Below the pieces are notes generated by a model. That model saw only the letters and a list, made by a program, of their open reading frames with translations. It was not told where the DNA came from and did no database searches. The position numbers and the translations under genes were made by a program. A DNA stretch of 64,000 bases from Candidatus Nanopelagicales bacterium (GTDB lineage: Bacteria > Actinomycetota > Actinomycetes > S36-B12), in the NCBI GenBank assembly GCA_040266055.1, contig JBDQFC010000006.1, positions 28,561 to 92,560 on the forward strand. Reading direction: 5' to 3'. How positions within the stretch are numbered: position 1 is the first letter of the stretch; each line of letters begins with the position of its first letter. Positions 1 to 9,064 of the stretch are shown one piece after another.

Positions 1-64
1 GGTAGCCTTGTGCCCCAGGGCCCCCACGCGCCCGAAGACCCTTCCCCATAGAGAGGCTCGCCCT

Positions 65-1096
65 ATGCCCGCCAGTACCTCGTTCGTCGGCCGCGACATG
101 GCCGTCGACCTGGGCACGGCCAACACCCTCGTCTACGTCCGTGGGCGCGGAATCGTGCTTAATGAGCCCTCCGTGGTGGCGATCAACAGCAACTCCGGCG
201 GCATCCTTGCCGTCGGTGCGGAAGCTAAGCGGATGATCGGTCGTACGCCGGGCAGCATTGTGGCAATCCGGCCGCTCAAAGACGGCGTGATCGCAGACTT
301 CGACACCACCGAGCGCATGCTGCGCTACTTCATTCAAAAGGTGCATCGTCGACGCCACCTGGCTAAGCCTCGATTGATCGTCTGTGTTCCGTCTGGCATC
401 ACCGGCGTTGAACAGCGCGCGGTCAAGGATGCTGGCTACGCCGCGGGAGCGCGCAAGGTGTTCATTATCGAAGAGCCCATGGCGGCTGCGATCGGTGCTG
501 CCCTACCGGTGCACGAGCCCACCGGCAACATGGTTGTTGACATCGGTGGTGGAACTTCCGAGGTTGCCGTGATCTCGCTCGGTGGCATTGTCACGAGCCT
601 GTCGGTTCGCGTCGGTGGAGATGAACTCGATAACTCGATCATCCAGTACATCAAGAAGGAGTACTCGCTGATGCTCGGCGAGCGCACCGCCGAGGAGATC
701 AAGGTCGCGATCGGTTCAGCCTTCCCGCTGCCCGATGAGCCGCACGCTGAGATCCGCGGCCGTGACCTGGTGACCGGTCTTCCGCGAACCATCGTCGTCT
801 CGGCGGAGGAAATCCGTCGCGCGATGGACGAGCCTGTCAATGCGATCGTCGATGCCGTCAAGGCGACTCTCGACCGCACTCCACCCGAGCTCTCCGGCGA
901 CATCATGGATCGCGGCATAGTGCTGACCGGTGGTGGTGCGTTGTTGAAAGGCCTGGACGAGCGCCTGCGCCACGAAACGGGCATGCCGATCATCGTCGCT
1001 GAGCGCCCCTTGGAGTGCGTGGCCCTCGGCTCAGGCAAATGCGTTGAGGAATTCGAGGCGTTGCAGCAGGTTCTCGTCTCCGAACCCCGAAGATAG
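65..1096 (+). CDS. mreB: Rod shape-determining protein MreB (actin-like ATPase)
   Basis: ORF 8..1096. The ATG at 65 gives [24 protein letters not shown]. Actin/Hsp70-fold motifs [23 protein letters not shown] and LTGGGALL are present. mreC and mreD follow. Start 65 is preferred over 8 because it gives a typical MreB N-terminus. Confidence 0.95.
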   Translation: MPASTSFVGRDMAVDLGTANTLVYVRGRGIVLNEPSVVAINSNSGGILAVGAEAKRMIGRTPGSIVAIRPLKDGVIADFDTTERMLRYFIQKVHRRRHLAKPRLIVCVPSGITGVEQRAVKDAGYAAGARKVFIIEEPMAAAIGAALPVHEPTGNMVVDIGGGTSEVAVISLGGIVTSLSVRVGGDELDNSIIQYIKKEYSLMLGERTAEEIKVAIGSAFPLPDEPHAEIRGRDLVTGLPRTIVVSAEEIRRAMDEPVNAIVDAVKATLDRTPPELSGDIMDRGIVLTGGGALLKGLDERLRHETGMPIIVAERPLECVALGSGKCVEEFEALQQVLVSEPRR

Positions 1097-1155
1097 TCAC
1101 GGAAGGCCGCACGTCGCGGTCACCTTGATCGACCGAGGCGAGGAAGACTCGACAC

Positions 1156-2163
1156 ATGCCCTCTCGCAGGATCCGGATCACGATCGCGACTCTCATTGTC
1201 GCGTCGCTGACGTTCGTGATCTTGGACCTTCGTGGTGGAGAGGGGCCGCTGTCGAGTGCGCGTGCAGCGGCAAGCGCAGTCATCGGAGTCATTCAACAGG
1301 GCGCGAACGCCGTCACCTCTCCATTCACCGGCGCCGGTAGCTCCTTCTCGACGTGGCGCGATCAGGCAAACCAGATCGCGGAGCTCGAAGAGGAGAACGC
1401 GCGTTTGACAGAGGAACTGCGTTCCACGTTGTCCGATCGGGCGCGTGCACGTGCGCTCGATGATCTGTTGCGGGTTGCGTCGGCCGGGCGCTACCGGATC
1501 ACCCCGGCGGAGGTCATCAGCGTTGGTCCGGCCCAGGATTTCGCGTGGACGGTTGGCATCGATGCGGGTTCCCTCGATGGCATCGAAAAAGACATGACAG
1601 TCATCAACGGTGATGGTCTTGTGGGTCGCGTTCTCAAGGTCAACCCCACAACTTCGACGGTCGTTCTGCTTGTGGATGCGTCGTCGGCTGTTGGTGGTCG
1701 AGTTGCCACGACAGAGGAAATCGGCATCGTCTCGGGAACCGGCCGGCAAGACTCACTGGACTTCCAACTCCTTGATCCACTCGCCGAACTCGTCATCGGG
1801 GATGCGCTTGTGACGTTCGGGTCTCGAGGTGGGCGCCCGTACGCACCGGGCATCCCGATTGGTGAAATCGTCGACATCACCGGCACCGCCGGTCAGCTGG
1901 CGCGGGTGGCCACCGTGCTTCCCTACGCCAATGTTTCGCAATTGAGCGTTGTCGGGGTGATTGTCCGTCCGCCCCGCGAAGATCCGCGCGACTCGGTCCT
2001 TCCGCCCCGTGTAAGCGATGAGACCGCGGTTCAAGACACCAATGGCAGGGATGCTGGCGTAGACAACAACGACGCAACTGATGAAGGCGCAGCTGCCGAC
2101 GATCAGAACGACCCACCAGTGGAAGAGCCCGTCGACGACGGTGCCGAAACGACGGAGAACTAG
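1156..2163 (+). CDS. mreC: Rod shape-determining protein MreC
   Basis: 335 aa. N-terminal TM helix (ITIATLIVASLTFVILDL), coiled coil (QIAELEEENARLTEEL), beta-rich core and an acidic Asp/Glu tail. Lies between mreB and mreD. Confidence 0.85.
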   Translation: MPSRRIRITIATLIVASLTFVILDLRGGEGPLSSARAAASAVIGVIQQGANAVTSPFTGAGSSFSTWRDQANQIAELEEENARLTEELRSTLSDRARARALDDLLRVASAGRYRITPAEVISVGPAQDFAWTVGIDAGSLDGIEKDMTVINGDGLVGRVLKVNPTTSTVVLLVDASSAVGGRVATTEEIGIVSGTGRQDSLDFQLLDPLAELVIGDALVTFGSRGGRPYAPGIPIGEIVDITGTAGQLARVATVLPYANVSQLSVVGVIVRPPREDPRDSVLPPRVSDETAVQDTNGRDAGVDNNDATDEGAAADDQNDPPVEEPVDDGAETTEN

Positions 2164-2166
2164 GCC

Positions 2167-2679
2167 GTGCTGTTTCGACAACTCGCGGTCATAGGTTCGC
2201 TTCTGCTGGTGGCAGTTGTCTTGCAGACCTCGGTTCTCAGCAAACTCGGGCTTCCGGGTGCGACACCGGACCTGGTGGTGGTCACGGTGGTTGCAGTGGC
2301 AATGGCGCTCGGTCCGGGTCCCGGGGCCCTGACTGGCTTCCTTGGGGGCGCACTGCTGGACATCGCCACGCCCTCGGACTCGATCCTGGGCCTAGCCTCC
2401 ATCGTCCTGGTGGGCGTTGGTCTGGCAGTGGGGGTTTCGATCGACCGTGAGGACTCCTCGATTTGGACCCTGTCCCTCGTGGCTGGAGCGGCATGCGGGG
2501 CAGCGACGCTGGGTACCGCGGTGCTGAGCGCGGTTCTTGGTAGCGAGCGCATCATCTGGTCGGTTGTGCCGGGTGTGACCCTGACCACAGTGTTGTACGG
2601 GCTTATCCTCGGAAGGGTGATGATCCCCTTGGTGGGGATGCTGTCACGGCGGCTGGTCCCTGAGGCGTACCTCGACTAG
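2167..2679 (+). CDS. mreD: Rod shape-determining protein MreD (polytopic membrane protein)
   Basis: 170 aa, very hydrophobic with multiple TM helices. GTG start 3 nt after the mreC stop. The call rests mainly on synteny (mreB-mreC-X-PBP2-rodA). Confidence 0.7.
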   Translation: MLFRQLAVIGSLLLVAVVLQTSVLSKLGLPGATPDLVVVTVVAVAMALGPGPGALTGFLGGALLDIATPSDSILGLASIVLVGVGLAVGVSIDREDSSIWTLSLVAGAACGAATLGTAVLSAVLGSERIIWSVVPGVTLTTVLYGLILGRVMIPLVGMLSRRLVPEAYLD

Positions 2680-2777
2680 GGGAACACACTCAGGCGCTGA
2701 AGCGTCCGAGGAGTCGTAGGTCCACGTGGGGATGCCGTGAAGTCGGACGCGTCAGACGAGACGGACGGGAGGTGTCC

Positions 2778-4952
2778 ATGAGTCAGCGATCCAACCTGAG
2801 GTTGTTCGTTCTCGGGGCACTGATGATCTCCCTTGTCGTGACCTTGCTGGGCCGGCTGTTCTACCTCCAGGTGCTGACCGGTGAGGAATATAAGTCTGCG
2901 GCGGTGAACAACACGGTTCGTGAGGTCGTGGAACCGGCTGTGCGTGGTCTCATCCTTGATCAAGCCGGTAGGCCGCTGGTGTCGAACCGGACGTCGCTGG
3001 TAATCACGGTGGACAAGATCGAACTCGGTCGTGACGACGACGGTGGGGAAGCCGTGATCCAGCGGCTGGGAAACATCTTGGACATCCCTGCTGAACGAAT
3101 CGCCGATCGATTGAAGCCGTGTGGCACCGAGGGTGCTAAACCACCGCCCGTGTGCTGGAACGGATCGCCCTACCAGCCGGTACCGATTGCCCAGGATGTT
3201 GATCCGCAGATTGCATTGAGCATCATGGAGCAAGGTCAGCGCTACCGCGGAGTCAATGCACGGCTGGACGCGATCCGTGAATACCCGGCACCGTTCAATG
3301 TCAACGCCGCTCACCTGCTGGGCTACCTCGGACCCGTGACCGAAGCCCAATTGGAAGAGCAAGGGCCAACAACGGCCTCTGATCGACTCCGCCGGACCGA
3401 TGTGGTGGGCCGGTCCGGGCTCGAGGCGTATTACGACGAAGAAATCCGAGGCAAGCCCGGGGTGACGACGCTTGCCGTGGACACCGCCGGCCGGGTGACC
3501 GGCACCTTGGAGCAGTTCGAACCGCAACCGGGTGACTACTTGATATCGAGTCTGGATGCTCATCTTCAGTCCGTCGTCGAGGAGCAATTGGTACGAGCGA
3601 TTCAGCGCGCGCAGCGACAGGGTTACCCGGGAGATTCGGGCGCCGCAGTTGTTGTGGACGTCAAGACCGGCAGGATCTTGGCGATGGCGAGTTACCCGAC
3701 CTACGATCCGTCAATCTGGGTTGGGGGCGTGACGCAAAAGCAATTCGAGAAGCTGATGGATTCCGGTTCCCTTGCATCGAATGCCACGCAAGGCATCTTC
3801 GCCCCCGGGTCTACCTACAAGGTAGTGAGCACTGTCGCCGCAGGTAAGGAAGGGTTCAACCTCAGTGGCAGCTACGACTGCCCGAGTCGAGTCAAACTTG
3901 GCACCCAGGTCTTTCGCAATTACGAGTCCGCGGCCTACGGCGAAATCTCCCTGTCGCGTGCATTGGAAGTTTCCTGCAACACCGTCTTCTATGGCATCGC
4001 CGACGAAATGTGGGAGCGTGCCGGCGGTGACGATGCCGGACGGGAGGCCGCCGATCCCATCGCCGATGCCGCGCGTCAACTAGGTCTCGGTGAGCCAACG
4101 GGTATCGACTTGCCAGTCGAGTCCGCGGGTCGTATCGCCAGTCGGGAGTTCAAGGCCGAGAACTGGGAGATAAAGCGTGACACCTGGTGCAAGAACGCCG
4201 TTGAGGGCTACCCCGAGACGCGCAAGACCGATCCGGAGTTGGCCGACTACTTCACTGCTTTGGATAAAGAGAACTGCGCTGATGGTTTCCGCTGGCGTGA
4301 AGGTGACGCGTTGAACTCGTCGATTGGCCAGGGTGACACCGCGGTCACTCCTTTGCAGATGGCGATGGTCTATTCGGCGATCGCTAACGGTGGCACGGTC
4401 TACGAGCCGCGCATGGTGAAGGCGATCATGTCCGCAGACGGCGAGGTGGTGAAGGAGATCCCACCTATCGTCGCCAACGAGATCACCGGCTCGCGCGCCA
4501 AGCAAGCCATCGGCTTCCTCCAACGCACGCTTCCCGGCGTCACGGCGGAAGGATCGGGTCGAGCGCCCTTTGCCGGATTCCCGCTGGATCAGATTCCCGT
4601 TGCCTCGAAGACGGGTTCTGCTCAGGTGACCGGTGACAAAGTCTCCACGTCCTGGTTCGCCTCATACGCTCCGGCGAATGATCCGCAATATGCGGTGGTC
4701 ATGATGGTCACGCAGGGCGGCACGGGATCCAAGACATCCGGACCCAGCGTCCGCAAGATTTACGAGGCCCTATTCGGCGTCAAGGGGCGTGATGTGAACC
4801 CCCGACGCAGCGTGCTGGTCGATGGCGAGCCCAGCCGGGACCTTCCTGTTATCCGTAACGACGGCACCCCCGTGCTTCCCTTGGGCAAGGATTCCGGACT
4901 TCCCGAAGCCCGTGAGACGGTGACGGCCCGAGGCGATGAAGGGGGTGGCTAG
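2778..4952 (+). CDS. mrdA: Penicillin-binding protein 2 (elongation-specific class B transpeptidase)
   Basis: ORF 2772..4952. N-terminal TM anchor, and transpeptidase motifs STYK (SxxK), SCN (SxN) and KTGS (KTG). GGGAGG at 2767-2772 favours the ATG at 2778 over the GTG at 2772. Confidence 0.9.
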   Translation: MSQRSNLRLFVLGALMISLVVTLLGRLFYLQVLTGEEYKSAAVNNTVREVVEPAVRGLILDQAGRPLVSNRTSLVITVDKIELGRDDDGGEAVIQRLGNILDIPAERIADRLKPCGTEGAKPPPVCWNGSPYQPVPIAQDVDPQIALSIMEQGQRYRGVNARLDAIREYPAPFNVNAAHLLGYLGPVTEAQLEEQGPTTASDRLRRTDVVGRSGLEAYYDEEIRGKPGVTTLAVDTAGRVTGTLEQFEPQPGDYLISSLDAHLQSVVEEQLVRAIQRAQRQGYPGDSGAAVVVDVKTGRILAMASYPTYDPSIWVGGVTQKQFEKLMDSGSLASNATQGIFAPGSTYKVVSTVAAGKEGFNLSGSYDCPSRVKLGTQVFRNYESAAYGEISLSRALEVSCNTVFYGIADEMWERAGGDDAGREAADPIADAARQLGLGEPTGIDLPVESAGRIASREFKAENWEIKRDTWCKNAVEGYPETRKTDPELADYFTALDKENCADGFRWREGDALNSSIGQGDTAVTPLQMAMVYSAIANGGTVYEPRMVKAIMSADGEVVKEIPPIVANEITGSRAKQAIGFLQRTLPGVTAEGSGRAPFAGFPLDQIPVASKTGSAQVTGDKVSTSWFASYAPANDPQYAVVMMVTQGGTGSKTSGPSVRKIYEALFGVKGRDVNPRRSVLVDGEPSRDLPVIRNDGTPVLPLGKDSGLPEARETVTARGDEGGG

Positions 4953-4955
4953 AGC

Positions 4956-6149
4956 GTGACCAGCATGTTCCCCACGAAATCCTCTGACGCCGTGATCGCC
5001 CCCAAACGAGATCGCGGTGGTGGCTACTGGCGCGATCTGGATTGGGTCCTGCTCATTGCGGCGCTCGCCGCGTCCATCCTCGGCTCGGTTCTTGTGTGGT
5101 CGGCGAGCAGAGCGGATCTCGCATCAGAAAGCGATCCTCAGTCTTACCTCAAAAGGCACTTGATCAATTTGGGAGTGGCGCTGGTACTTGGCGCTATCGC
5201 CTCACGGATCAACTACCGGTTGCTGCGGGCCTACACACCTGTCGTGTACATCGCCTCGATGGTCCTGCTTCTCGTGCCATTCGTGCCCGGCCTTGGCGTG
5301 ACCATCGCAGGGGCGCGCGCGTGGATCGACGTGCCGCTGGGGTTGACCATCCAGCCGTCGGAATTCGCCAAAGTTGCGGTGATTTTGATGATGGCGGCGC
5401 TGCTCTCTGAACGGCGCGATCGTGAAGACGAACCAACGGCGCAGGACGTATTACTCGCCCTTCTGGTGGCGGCTATTCCAACGGCCATCATCTTGGTGCA
5501 AAACGACACGGGGACGGTGTTGATCCTTGCCGCGGTCTCGTTATCGGTAATCGCGGTGGCCGGGGTGAGAACCCGCTGGCTCGTGGGACTCCTCGGTGGC
5601 GCGGTCTTGGCAGCGCTCGTGGCCCTGCAGTTGGGGCTGCTGCAGGAGTATCAGGTCGATCGGTTGACGTCCTTCATCAACCCCGATGAAGACGTCAGTG
5701 CCAGTGCCTACAACGCCAATCAAGCCCGCATCGCGATCGGCGGGGGAGGGCTTGACAGCTACGGCCTCTTCGAAGGACCGCAAACCCAGGGCAACTTCGT
5801 GCCGGTAAACGAAAGCGACTTCATCTTCACCGTCGCCGGTGAGGAACTCGGCTTCATCGGGTCGACCATTCTCATCCTGCTGCTGGCGGTGATCTTATGG
5901 CGGGCTGTGCGGATCGCATGGAAAGCCGATGATCTCTACGGACGGCTGGTTGCGACCGGAGTGGCTGCATGGCTGGCCTTCCAGATGTTCGAGAACGTCG
6001 GGATGACGCTGGGAATCATGCCCATCACGGGTATTCCACTGCCCTTTGTCTCCGCAGGTGGCACTTCGATGATGGCAACCTGGATCGCCGTTGGTCTGCT
6101 GCAAACCGTGCGTCTGCATTCGCTCGCGGTCATGCGCTCGGAAGTCTGA
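4956..6149 (+). CDS. rodA: SEDS-family peptidoglycan polymerase RodA (FtsW/RodA/SpoVE family)
   Basis: 397 aa polytopic protein. GTG start 3 nt after the PBP2 stop. C-terminal GIPLPFVSAGGTSM motif is typical of the family. Paired with a class B PBP. Confidence 0.9.
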   Translation: MTSMFPTKSSDAVIAPKRDRGGGYWRDLDWVLLIAALAASILGSVLVWSASRADLASESDPQSYLKRHLINLGVALVLGAIASRINYRLLRAYTPVVYIASMVLLLVPFVPGLGVTIAGARAWIDVPLGLTIQPSEFAKVAVILMMAALLSERRDREDEPTAQDVLLALLVAAIPTAIILVQNDTGTVLILAAVSLSVIAVAGVRTRWLVGLLGGAVLAALVALQLGLLQEYQVDRLTSFINPDEDVSASAYNANQARIAIGGGGLDSYGLFEGPQTQGNFVPVNESDFIFTVAGEELGFIGSTILILLLAVILWRAVRIAWKADDLYGRLVATGVAAWLAFQMFENVGMTLGIMPITGIPLPFVSAGGTSMMATWIAVGLLQTVRLHSLAVMRSEV

Positions 6150-6185
6150 TCCGCGCAGCACGTATCAGTCGCTACTCTGGAAGGC

Positions 6186-8198
6186 ATGAGCACAACGGTT
6201 GCCGAAAACGTCGATGCCCGATCGCGCCTACGCGGTGGACGTGATGTCGGATCGAGTCACTTCGATCGGCTTGAGCCGCTTTTGGCGCGCATCACCAAGC
6301 CGATTCAGTACGTCGGGGGTGAGGTGAATTCGGTCCTGAAGGACTGGGACACGACCACGGTGCGCTGGGCACTCATGTATCCCGACGCCTATGAAGTCGG
6401 TGCACCCAACCAGGGTGTCCAGATCCTGTACGAGGTGCTCAACGGTCAAGACGATGTCTTGGCCGAACGGACATATGCAGTTTGGCCCGATCTTGAGGCA
6501 CTCATGCGTGAGCACGGTGTTCCGCAATTCACTGTGGACGGGCACCGAGCTGTGGGTGATTTCGACGTCCTCGGTTTGTCATTTGCCACCGAGCTCGGTT
6601 ACACCAACATGCTCAACGCACTCGACCTGGCTGGCGTCCCGGTGCGAGCTGCTGACCGCCGTGGTGACGAACCCCTCGTGATCGCCGGTGGCCACGCGGC
6701 ATTCAACCCCGAACCGATCGCGGATTTCCTCGACGCCGCTGTCCTTGGTGATGGCGAGGAAGCGGTCCTGCTGATCACCAACATCATTCGCGCGTGGAAG
6801 GACGAGGGTCGGCCTGGGGGTCGCGAGCAACTGCTGCTGCGTCTGGCGCGCACGGGGTCGATTTACGTCCCGCGTTTCTACGACGTTCAGTACCTGCCTG
6901 ACGGCCGTATCCAGCGCGTGGCCCCGAACCGCACGGATGTCCCATGGCGGGTGAGCAAGCACACGCTGATGGACCTGGACGAGTGGTCCTATCCCAAGGC
7001 TCCGCTTGTTCCACTTGCAGAGACGGTGCACGAGCGCATGAGTGTTGAAATCTTCCGCGGATGCACACGGGGGTGCCGGTTCTGTCAAGCCGGAATGATC
7101 ACTCGGCCGGTGCGCGAGCGCTCCATCACCGGTGTCGCCGAGATCGTTGAAGGCGGCTTGAAGGCGACAGGTTTCGAAGAGGTCGGCTTGCTCTCGCTGT
7201 CCAGTGCCGACCACTCCGAGATCGCGGACATTGCGCGCAATCTCGCGGACCGATACGAGGACTCACAGACGTCGTTGTCCCTACCGAGTACTCGTGTCGA
7301 TGCGTTCAACGTGGATCTCGCGAACGAACTCTCTCGGAATGGTCGACGAAGCGGTCTTACCTTCGCGCCCGAAGGCGGCAGCGAACGGATGCGCAGAGTG
7401 ATCAACAAGCAAGTTACCGAAGAGGATCTGATCCGCACCGTCACCACGGCCTACGCCGCCGGTTGGCGGCACGTGAAGTTGTACTTCATGTGCGGACTTC
7501 CCACAGAGACCGACGATGACGTCCTGCAGATCGCGACCATGGCCAAGGAGGTCATCAAGGCCGGTCGCGAGGCATCGGGACGACGTGACATCAAGTGCAC
7601 GGTCAGTATCGGTGGCTTCGTGCCCAAGCCCCACACTCCGTTCCAGTGGGCAGCGCAGCTCGACCACGAGGGCACTGACGCCCGATTGATGAAGTTGCGC
7701 GATGCCATTCGTTCCGATCGTGAGTACGGGAAGGCAATTGGCCTGCGCTACCACGATGGAAAACCAGGCATCGTCGAAGGGCTGCTCTCACGCGGGGATC
7801 GTCGCGTGGGTCGGGTCATCGAGACGGCGTGGCGCGAGGGCGCACGCTTTGACGGCTGGAGCGAGCATTTCTCGTTCGATCGTTGGATGGAGTGCGCGCA
7901 GCAGGCACTCGCCGACGATCCGGTGGACGTGGATTGGTTCACCACCCGCGAGCGCGATCGCACCGAGGTGTTGCCGTGGGACCACCTCGACTCCGGTCTG
8001 GACAGCGATTGGCTCTGGGACGACTGGCAGGACGCGCTCGAGGAGATCGCCGTCGACGATTGCCGGTGGACACCGTGCTTCGACTGCGGTGTGTGTGACC
8101 AAATGGGCACCGAGATCCAGGTCGGGCCCACGGGAGTGACGGACCTGCCGATGCCGGGTATTCCTGCGCCCTCGATGGCGACGGGCGAGCGTGGCTAA
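6186..8198 (+). CDS. Radical SAM protein, B12-binding-like N-terminal domain (TIGR03960-like), function unknown
   Basis: 670 aa. CxxxCxxC cluster in FRGCTRGCRFCQAG. The long N-terminal domain before the cluster and the C-terminal extension with CRWTPCFDCGVC are as I remember for this family. Family assignment is from memory, not searched. Confidence 0.8.
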   Translation: MSTTVAENVDARSRLRGGRDVGSSHFDRLEPLLARITKPIQYVGGEVNSVLKDWDTTTVRWALMYPDAYEVGAPNQGVQILYEVLNGQDDVLAERTYAVWPDLEALMREHGVPQFTVDGHRAVGDFDVLGLSFATELGYTNMLNALDLAGVPVRAADRRGDEPLVIAGGHAAFNPEPIADFLDAAVLGDGEEAVLLITNIIRAWKDEGRPGGREQLLLRLARTGSIYVPRFYDVQYLPDGRIQRVAPNRTDVPWRVSKHTLMDLDEWSYPKAPLVPLAETVHERMSVEIFRGCTRGCRFCQAGMITRPVRERSITGVAEIVEGGLKATGFEEVGLLSLSSADHSEIADIARNLADRYEDSQTSLSLPSTRVDAFNVDLANELSRNGRRSGLTFAPEGGSERMRRVINKQVTEEDLIRTVTTAYAAGWRHVKLYFMCGLPTETDDDVLQIATMAKEVIKAGREASGRRDIKCTVSIGGFVPKPHTPFQWAAQLDHEGTDARLMKLRDAIRSDREYGKAIGLRYHDGKPGIVEGLLSRGDRRVGRVIETAWREGARFDGWSEHFSFDRWMECAQQALADDPVDVDWFTTRERDRTEVLPWDHLDSGLDSDWLWDDWQDALEEIAVDDCRWTPCFDCGVCDQMGTEIQVGPTGVTDLPMPGIPAPSMATGERG

Positions 8199-8931
8199 CC
8201 GGCGTCCTCCTGAGCGAGACGTCGCACCTGTTGTCCAGCGGATTCGAATTCGTTACGCGCGCCGCGGACGGTTGCGATTCTCCAGCCATCGGGACTTTCA
8301 GCGCGCCCTGGAACGTGCCATCCGCCGGGCAGGACTGCCGATCGCGTTCAGTGCCGGGTTCAGCCCGCACCCGAAGATCTCGTACTCCAATTCCGCCCCG
8401 ACGGGGGCCGCGAGCGAGGCCGAGTATGCCGAGGTCGGCCTGACCGAGCGGTGGGAGCCCGACCGCGTGCGCGAAGCCCTCGATGCTGCCCTTCCTCCCG
8501 GACTGGATGTGGTCGACGCTGTGGAGGCCCGCAAGTCGGACTTCGCCCAGCGCCTCGAGGCGAGCCACTGGCGAATCGAGTTGACCGGTGTGGAACTCGA
8601 GCAGGTCTCAGCGGCCCGGGACGCCTTCGTGGCGGCCGATCAGGTTGAGGTCCAACGCATGGCGAAGTCCGGGCTGCGCACCTTCGATGCCCGAGAGCCG
8701 GTGGTTTCTCTCGATGTTGCACCGGGGGCGGACGACCTGTGTGTCATACTCGACGCGGTCGTCCGCCACGTCACGGTGACGGTCCGACCCGACGACGTAC
8801 TAGCCGCGCTGCGGCGAGTAGCCAACCTTGAGCCGCCGGTTCCCCCACGGGTAACCCGGCTGGCTCAGGGGCCACTCGACGAAGCGAGCTGCTCCGTGGG
8901 CGATCCCTTCGCTCTCGATCGCAGTGGCTAA
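8191..8931 (+). CDS. DUF2344 / TIGR03936-like radical-SAM-associated protein
   Basis: 246 aa. GTG start 8 nt inside the end of the radical SAM gene. N-terminus RIRYARRGRLRFSSHRDFQRALERAIRRAGLPIAFSAGFSPHPKISY looks like the family that accompanies or is fused to TIGR03960 proteins. Confidence 0.7.
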   Translation: MANRRPPERDVAPVVQRIRIRYARRGRLRFSSHRDFQRALERAIRRAGLPIAFSAGFSPHPKISYSNSAPTGAASEAEYAEVGLTERWEPDRVREALDAALPPGLDVVDAVEARKSDFAQRLEASHWRIELTGVELEQVSAARDAFVAADQVEVQRMAKSGLRTFDAREPVVSLDVAPGADDLCVILDAVVRHVTVTVRPDDVLAALRRVANLEPPVPPRVTRLAQGPLDEASCSVGDPFALDRSG

Positions 8932-9010
8932 TCCAACGTTGATCGGTGGGTAGGTCCACGCAGCGCACAGCGCGCGAACCTGGCCGCAACGAGAAGGCTT
9001 GCAATTGACC

Positions 9011-9046
9011 GGCCCTAGCTCTACGTCAGTGACACGTAGGCGGGCC
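9011..9046 (+). promoter_or_regulatory. Structured stem-loop in the rne 5' leader, immediately upstream of the SD
   Basis: GGCCC(9011-15)-tagct-CTACGT(9021-26)-cagtgac-ACGTAG(9034-39)-gc-GGGCC(9042-46), followed by AAGGAG at 9050-9055 and the ATG at 9065. Confidence 0.5.
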
Positions 9047-9064
9047 CTTAAGGAGCACGACCCC

